Positions 62,873-64,000 of a stretch of 64,000 nucleotides of DNA are shown piece after piece; the first letter of the stretch is position 1, and the number at the start of each line of letters is the position of its first letter. The notes under the pieces were generated by a model, which saw only the letters and a list, made by a program, of their open reading frames with translations, had not been told where the DNA came from and did not search any database. The DNA comes from Dendrobates tinctorius. Lineage: Eukaryota. Both the position numbers and the translations under genes were made by a program. The DNA lies in assembly GCF_039654945.1 (NCBI RefSeq), contig NW_027361924.1, positions 682,001-746,000 on the forward strand, read 5' to 3'.

Positions 62873-63518
62873 GGCTATGTGCGCAAGTGCAGATTTTTCA
62901 AGGAATTTTCTGCAGCAGTTCCGCAGCTCCCGGCATCAGGAAATACGCGAAAAATCCACCTGCTGATCGACAGGTTGGTCACACTCATTTGACAAGTGAC
63001 CAACTTTTTACTATTGCGGCTGCCTAAGCATCAGTAGTAAAAACATATGTTAAAGATAAAAAAAAAAACACGGGATATTCTCACCTTCCGGCATCCCCAG
63101 GCCTCAGCAATGCTCCCGGTCCCAGCGATACTTGTGACAAAGACCTCTGATGACGTACGCTACGTCATCACAGGTCATTATCGCGTAAGGCATTGCTTGG
63201 AACGGGAGTTACCAGGAGCATCGCTGAAGCCTGGGGACATCGGAAGGCAAATTTATCACGATTTTTTCTTTTTTTTCCCCCAGGGATATGGTACCCAGGG
63301 CCTGGAGGACAGTCTCCTCCAGACCCCGGGTACCAGCCACACATTTTCCGCAAAAAGAATGAGCCTGCTGCGTATTTTTCCGTGATGCAATTTTGCCCCA
63401 GAAAAATACGCAGCATTAGCACAGCATGTGTGGAATACAATGGCTTGCTTATTTTATGCATTTTTGCAGCAAAAACACGCATAAAATCTGCAGGCATTCC
63501 AGACATGTGAACACAGCC
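62873..63518. mobile_element. Harbinger-type MITE, family of 35713-36605
   Basis: TTA|GGCTATGTG...CACAGCC|TTA with shared internal blocks. Confidence 0.75.
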
Positions 63519-63639
63519 TTACACTATATATATGCCCAGCCCACATTACACTGTATACCACCCACTCCAGAGTAGCCAATTACACTATATACCCCCCAGT
63601 CAATCCTGCACCACTACACTATATACACCAAACCCTGTA

Positions 63640-64000
63640 ACATTACACTATATACACCCCCCCACCCAGAGGAGCATAGTCTGCACCACTACACTATATA
63701 CACCCCCCCACCCAGAGGAGCATAGTCTACACCACTACACTATATACACCCCCCCACCCAGAGGAGCATAGTCTGCACCACTACACTATATACACCCCCC
63801 CACCCAGAGGAGCATAGTCTGCACCACTACACTATACACCCCCCCACCCAGAGGAGCATAGTCTACACCACTACACTATATACACCCCCCCACCCAGAGG
63901 AGCATAGTCTGCACCACTACACTATATATACCCCCCCACCCAGAGGAGCATAGTCTACACCACTACACTATATACACCCCCCCACCCAGAGGCGCATAGT
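63640..64000. repeat. ~46-bp minisatellite running off the window end
   Basis: Unit CACTACACTATATACACCCCCCCACCCAGAGGAGCATAGTCTGCAC. Confidence 0.92.

Overview
Vertebrate genomic DNA, almost certainly from a frog judging by the repeat families. It covers the conserved block NOXO1-TBL3-RNF151-SNORA78/SNHG9, syntenic with human 16p13.3. The window holds the last exon of one NOXO1-like gene (1-538, +), a complete second NOXO1 (13477-19395, +), TBL3 (20767-33495, -), RNF151 (39283-~56849, -) and an intronic H/ACA snoRNA, SNORA78 (62550-62681, -). RNF151 intron 2 contains a three-level nest: an old Tc1, a younger Tc1 inside it, and an 11.4-kb head-to-head pair of near-identical, intact Neptune-type Penelope retroelements inside that. 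The Penelope pair has three minimal hammerhead ribozymes and one 14-bp target-site duplication (TSD). A 0.75-kb insertion at 2793-3547 shows the same head-to-head geometry and also has a 14-bp TSD. An intact DD35E Tc1-type transposase ORF with decayed ends (61005-62036, -) lies directly downstream of the splice acceptor that follows SNORA78, suggesting a transposase captured into a snoRNA host gene. The window also has a 3.6-kb 29-bp minisatellite abutting the NOXO1 promoter, L2 and SINE fragments, many MITEs and two N-gaps. Coordinates were read by eye and may be off by a few bases.
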